A stretch of 11,045 nucleotides of DNA from an uncultured Deinococcales bacterium (lineage in GTDB: Bacteria > Deinococcota > Deinococci > Deinococcales > JAAFIG01), in NCBI GenBank assembly GCA_964247135.1, contig CAXTTL010000164.1, positions 1-11,045 on the forward strand. Direction: 5' to 3'. The notes below the pieces were generated by a model that ran no database searches, was not told where the DNA came from, and saw only the letters and a list, made by a program, of their open reading frames with translations. Positions 8,088-11,045 of this stretch are shown here, piece by piece. How positions within the stretch are numbered: position 1 is the stretch's first letter; every line of letters begins with the position of its first letter. The position numbers and the translations under genes are program-made.

Positions 8088-8109
8088 TATGATGAACAAA
8101 GTTAAGGAG
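8088..8109 (+). promoter_or_regulatory. Putative -10 box and Shine-Dalgarno of bcp-rpiA
   Basis: TATGAT at 8088-8093, and AAGGAG at 8104-8109, 5 nt before the ATG at 8115. Divergent from ffh. Confidence 0.55.
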
Positions 8110-8114
8110 CCATC

Positions 8115-8570
8115 ATGGAAAAAGCACCCGCGTTTAACTTGCACGACCAAAACGGCAAACAACACTCGCTCGAGGACTTTAAGGGCAAATACCTGGTCTT
8201 GTACTTTTACCCCAAGGATGACACCCCAGGCTGCACCAAAGAAGCCTGCGATTTCCGCGATCAGATCGGCAGCCTGCGCGAACTTGGTGCGGAAGTGCTG
8301 GGCGTCAGTGCCGATGACACCTCGAGCCACGAGCAGTTTGCGGGAAAATACGGACTCAATTTCCCGCTCCTGGCAGATGACGGCGCAGTGATTGCCAAAG
8401 CCTACGGGGCTTACGGCAAAAAAAACATGTACGGCAAAATCAGTGAAGGCATCATGCGCAAAACTTTTTTGATTGATCCAAACGGCGAAATCGTTAAGGC
8501 TTGGGGCAAGGTCAGCGTCGAGGGACACGTCGAACAGGTCACGGCGGCACTCAAGGCAGCCCTGGCATGA
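8115..8570 (+). CDS. bcp: Thioredoxin-dependent thiol peroxidase (BCP/PrxQ peroxiredoxin)
   Basis: [22 protein letters not shown] (PxxxTxxC with CxxxxC resolving Cys), [20 protein letters not shown]. Confidence 0.95.
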   Translation: MEKAPAFNLHDQNGKQHSLEDFKGKYLVLYFYPKDDTPGCTKEACDFRDQIGSLRELGAEVLGVSADDTSSHEQFAGKYGLNFPLLADDGAVIAKAYGAYGKKNMYGKISEGIMRKTFLIDPNGEIVKAWGKVSVEGHVEQVTAALKAALA

Positions 8571-9256
8571 CCGACCTCGAGACATTCAAACAACAAGCCG
8601 CGATTCAAGCCGTGACCCACGTTCGTTCGGGCATGGCGGTTGGGCTTGGCACGGGCAGCACCGCCAAATACGCGATCCTCGAGATTGGTCAGTTGGTGCG
8701 CGAGAATAAACTCTCGGGAATAGTGGGCGTGCCGACTTCGGAGGCATCGGCACAGTTGGCAATTGAAAACGGTATTCCGATTGCGGAACTGACCGCAGCA
8801 GGCGTCGAGGTTGCCATTGACGGCGCGGATGAAATCGATCCCAACCTCGATTTGATCAAAGGTCACGGCAACGCGCTGGTCAAAGAAAAACTGGTCGAAT
8901 TCAACGCCAAACTTTTTATTGTGGTCGCAGACTCGAGCAAGCTGGTCGGTCAACTTGGTGAGAAGTTTTCGGTGCCCGTTGAAATCATGCAGTGGGGTTA
9001 CAAAGCGACGCTGATTCAACTGGCAGCCGTTGCGCCGCAAGTTCAAGTGCGTCAGCACATGATCGACGGACAACCCGTGATCTCGGACAATGGAAATTTT
9101 ATCGCACACTGTACCTTCACCGAAATCAAGAACCCTCGAGAAACCGAAGACCGCATCAAACATATTCCAGGTGTGATCGGCACGGGCTTGTTCTTGGGAC
9201 TGGCTAAAATTGCTTATGTCGCAGGGGAAAATGGTGTTCAGAAACTCAAACGTTGA
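8567..9256 (+). CDS. rpiA: Ribose-5-phosphate isomerase A (229 aa)
   Basis: Start at ATG 8567 (ATGA overlap with bcp). Motifs [50 protein letters not shown]. Confidence 0.93.
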   Translation: MTDLETFKQQAAIQAVTHVRSGMAVGLGTGSTAKYAILEIGQLVRENKLSGIVGVPTSEASAQLAIENGIPIAELTAAGVEVAIDGADEIDPNLDLIKGHGNALVKEKLVEFNAKLFIVVADSSKLVGQLGEKFSVPVEIMQWGYKATLIQLAAVAPQVQVRQHMIDGQPVISDNGNFIAHCTFTEIKNPRETEDRIKHIPGVIGTGLFLGLAKIAYVAGENGVQKLKR

Positions 9257-9300
9257 GGCTCGAGCCACGACGGATTTCAACACGCTTTTTCATGGAACTT

Positions 9301-9309
9301 TGGTAACTT
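9301..9309 (+). promoter_or_regulatory. Putative extended -10 box of a leaderless lipoprotein gene
   Basis: TG-G-TAACTT-GAAGC-ATG with no clear SD sequence. Confidence 0.45.
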
Positions 9310-9314
9310 GAAGC

Positions 9315-9809
9315 ATGAAATCAATTCGACCAGTTCTGCTGTTGGTTTTCTCGAGTTTGGTGGCGTGCGGTGGCACGACCCCCGAACAACCACCAGTCAA
9401 ACCGCCACCCCCGCCCGCAGGTTCGTTGTACAAGTTGGTCAGCACACCAAAGAACACGCCAACGGGTAAAATCTCAACCAAAACCGATGAGATTTGGGTG
9501 GACAAAGGCGGCAGCATTCAACTGGTCATCAATGCGCAACGCCTCTCGCCGCTCGCCAAAAAAATCAAAATTACGGTCAGCCCCTCAGGCTCGCATTTAA
9601 GCGTCACCCCGCTTGAGCAAATCGTTTCTGCGACGGGCAACGCCACCTTCACGGTTTCCGTGGACTCGAGCATCAACCCCGCGACAGACCCAAATCCTTA
9701 CTTTTTCGTTTACGGTTATCCGTTGGGCGATAATGACCGTTCGCTCGATGAGGAAATTCGCTTGGATTATGGCTGGGACATTAAAAAACCACCAACCATT
9801 GCGCCGTAA
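9315..9809 (+). CDS. Uncharacterised lipoprotein (164 aa)
   Basis: Signal peptide MKSIRPVLLLVFSSLVA-C (lipobox LVAC), Pro-rich linker (PEQPPVKPPPPP), then a beta-rich segment. Followed by a terminator. Confidence 0.8.
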   Translation: MKSIRPVLLLVFSSLVACGGTTPEQPPVKPPPPPAGSLYKLVSTPKNTPTGKISTKTDEIWVDKGGSIQLVINAQRLSPLAKKIKITVSPSGSHLSVTPLEQIVSATGNATFTVSVDSSINPATDPNPYFFVYGYPLGDNDRSLDEEIRLDYGWDIKKPPTIAP

Positions 9810-9830
9810 ATTCAAACCTCGAGCCTCAAT

Positions 9831-9864
9831 AAAAAAAGCGCCCAGGATTCACCTGGGCGCTTTT
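9831..9864. terminator. Bidirectional rho-independent terminator between convergent genes
   Basis: AAAAAAA-GCGCCCAGG-ATTCA-CCTGGGCGC-TTTT. Confidence 0.9.
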
Positions 9865-9876
9865 AAATTTAAATCT

Positions 9877-11045
9877 TTAGTTTGTCAGACCCAAGGCATT
9901 CTCGAGTTCGGTACGTGGCGCATCGGCACGTTTGCCGTACAGTCCGCGCCAAGCATCCTCGGTTTCGTAACCGCCATCTGGTCCTAGAATGTTCAGCCCT
10001 GGTTTGATGTACTGCTTGATGGCGTCAGAATCGGTGGCTTGGCGGGCAGCCTTGCCGTAAACGTCGGTATAAAATGTTCCATCGTTATCTGGGTCAAGCA
10101 GCCTGACGGTATCGTTGTATTTGAGGGTTAAATTCGGTACAAAGAATGTTCTTTCATCGCCGTGGGAGTCATTGGTCACGGTCTGAGAGCAGGTTAAATC
10201 GTTGCAGGTTGTGCTTGGGTTGCGAATGTCAATCTCGAATTTCGGGAAGGCATGACCTTTTTCGCTGCCGCCGTCGAACCAGTCGGCAACGTCCAAGCCG
10301 AGCGTAGGATTGAGTCCGCCCTGCCAGTTTTCGTAACCGTTGTTGCGATCTTGACCGTCGCCCACACTCTTGACCCGAATGCGCTTAAAATATTCGGATT
10401 GAACGTTGGTGGCAATCGCTGCCTGATCTGGACAGGTACCAGCACCCTGAATCAATGGATGTTTACCGGCAATGTCGTTGTTGGTCTGTGATGATCCAAA
10501 ATCACCCTTGTAGCCAAGCTCCGCCACAATATTGTCTGGGTAGGTCTTTTTCAGGTCGGTGACGATGATGACCACCGTATGCTTTTGCGTGCAGACGCGG
10601 TGCAAGTCGTGGGTTTCGGAGTGCACATTGATGTACCAGCCGTAACCGTGCTCGGTGTCCCGAATCGCAATTCCCTTAAAGCCCTCGTGAATTTCCATTT
10701 GGTTGTTGTTCTTGGCGGCGACATACTCGAGCGCCCAACCTGGCAAGCCCACCAAGGCTGGGTCAGAGCCGTGTTCGTGCCTGAAATAACACCAGTACGC
10801 GGGGTCAATTTGTGGATGCCAAGATTTGTACATCACGCCGTCAGGTCCTGGGGTCGAGTACAGGCTGTCGAGCCAGGCTGGGCATGTGTCGTTGGCAACG
10901 GGCAGCGTCGAACCTGCGGGTGCATTGGTCGCCAGCGTTGGCGCAGGTGTCGCCGTTCCATTGGCTTCGGCAAAGACAACCGTGTATGCCTTGTCCGTGC
11001 CCGCTTTGCCTGGAGAACCCAGTTTGATCTCGCCTTTGGGAAATG
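9877..11045 (-). CDS. Uncharacterised, probably secreted protein with HEHG motif (5'-truncated, at least 388 aa in the window)
   Basis: The frame of the 9877..10836 ORF stays open to the window end by manual translation: ...FPKGEIKLGSPGKAGTDKAYTVVFAEANGTATPAPTLATNAPAGSTLPVANDTCPAWLDSLYSTPGPDGVMYKSWHPQIDPAYWCYFRHEHGSDP... It is rich in D/N/G/T, has several Cys, and ends at the terminator. Confidence 0.82.
   Translation of the reverse strand, partial: FPKGEIKLGSPGKAGTDKAYTVVFAEANGTATPAPTLATNAPAGSTLPVANDTCPAWLDSLYSTPGPDGVMYKSWHPQIDPAYWCYFRHEHGSDPALVGLPGWALEYVAAKNNNQMEIHEGFKGIAIRDTEHGYGWYINVHSETHDLHRVCTQKHTVVIIVTDLKKTYPDNIVAELGYKGDFGSSQTNNDIAGKHPLIQGAGTCPDQAAIATNVQSEYFKRIRVKSVGDGQDRNNGYENWQGGLNPTLGLDVADWFDGGSEKGHAFPKFEIDIRNPSTTCNDLTCSQTVTNDSHGDERTFFVPNLTLKYNDTVRLLDPDNDGTFYTDVYGKAARQATDSDAIKQYIKPGLNILGPDGGYETEDAWRGLYGKRADAPRTELENALGLTN

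Larger units (their letters stand above)
126..10731. repeat. Dispersed highly iterated palindrome CTCGAG
   Basis: 67 copies by manual count, first at 126 and last at 10726, about one per 165 bp. Confidence 0.92.

Noticed and set aside
8016-8585. 190-aa N-terminal extension of Ffh in the ORF track (630 aa)
   Set aside because: It is the antisense shadow of bcp. Ffh homology starts at MFDSL (8015), which has its own -10 box.
8411-9283. 290-aa minus-strand ORF and the longer rpiA start at 8501
   Set aside because: The former is antisense to bcp/rpiA. The latter overlaps bcp by 70 nt, whereas ATG 8567 gives a standard ATGA coupling.
9907-10725. Longest CTCGAG-free stretch (about 820 bp) as a sign of horizontal acquisition
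   Set aside because: The protein has only two Leu-Glu pairs and both are CTC GAG (9901, 10726), so composition explains the gap.
126-10731. CRISPR array, IS element or cloning artefact as explanation for the repeated CTCGAG
   Set aside because: Sites are irregularly spaced 6-mers embedded in intact conserved reading frames. There are no spacers, terminal repeats, transposase or vector sequence.

Overview
Bacterial housekeeping-type chromosomal window, most likely from a Deinococcota (Deinococcales-like) organism. This is inferred from the Deinococcus-like OmpR response regulator, the RibF/RpiA style and several apparently leaderless genes. Minus strand, in transcription order: ffh, ribF, OmpR-family response regulator, membrane sensor histidine kinase, then a branched-chain-amino-acid-type ABC cluster (livG-livF-livH-livM, livM truncated). 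Plus strand: bcp peroxiredoxin coupled to rpiA, then a small uncharacterised lipoprotein. That lipoprotein converges at a bidirectional terminator with a 5'-truncated, His/Cys-motif-rich uncharacterised protein. No mobile element, CRISPR array, tRNA or rRNA is visible. The most striking signal is not a gene. The palindrome CTCGAG occurs 67 times by manual count (about 3 expected), in all three reading frames and in intergenic DNA. It encodes most Leu-Glu pairs and often lies just after stop codons, which suggests a HIP1-like highly iterated palindrome system. The intergenic regions also contain several unexplained direct repeats and hairpins.
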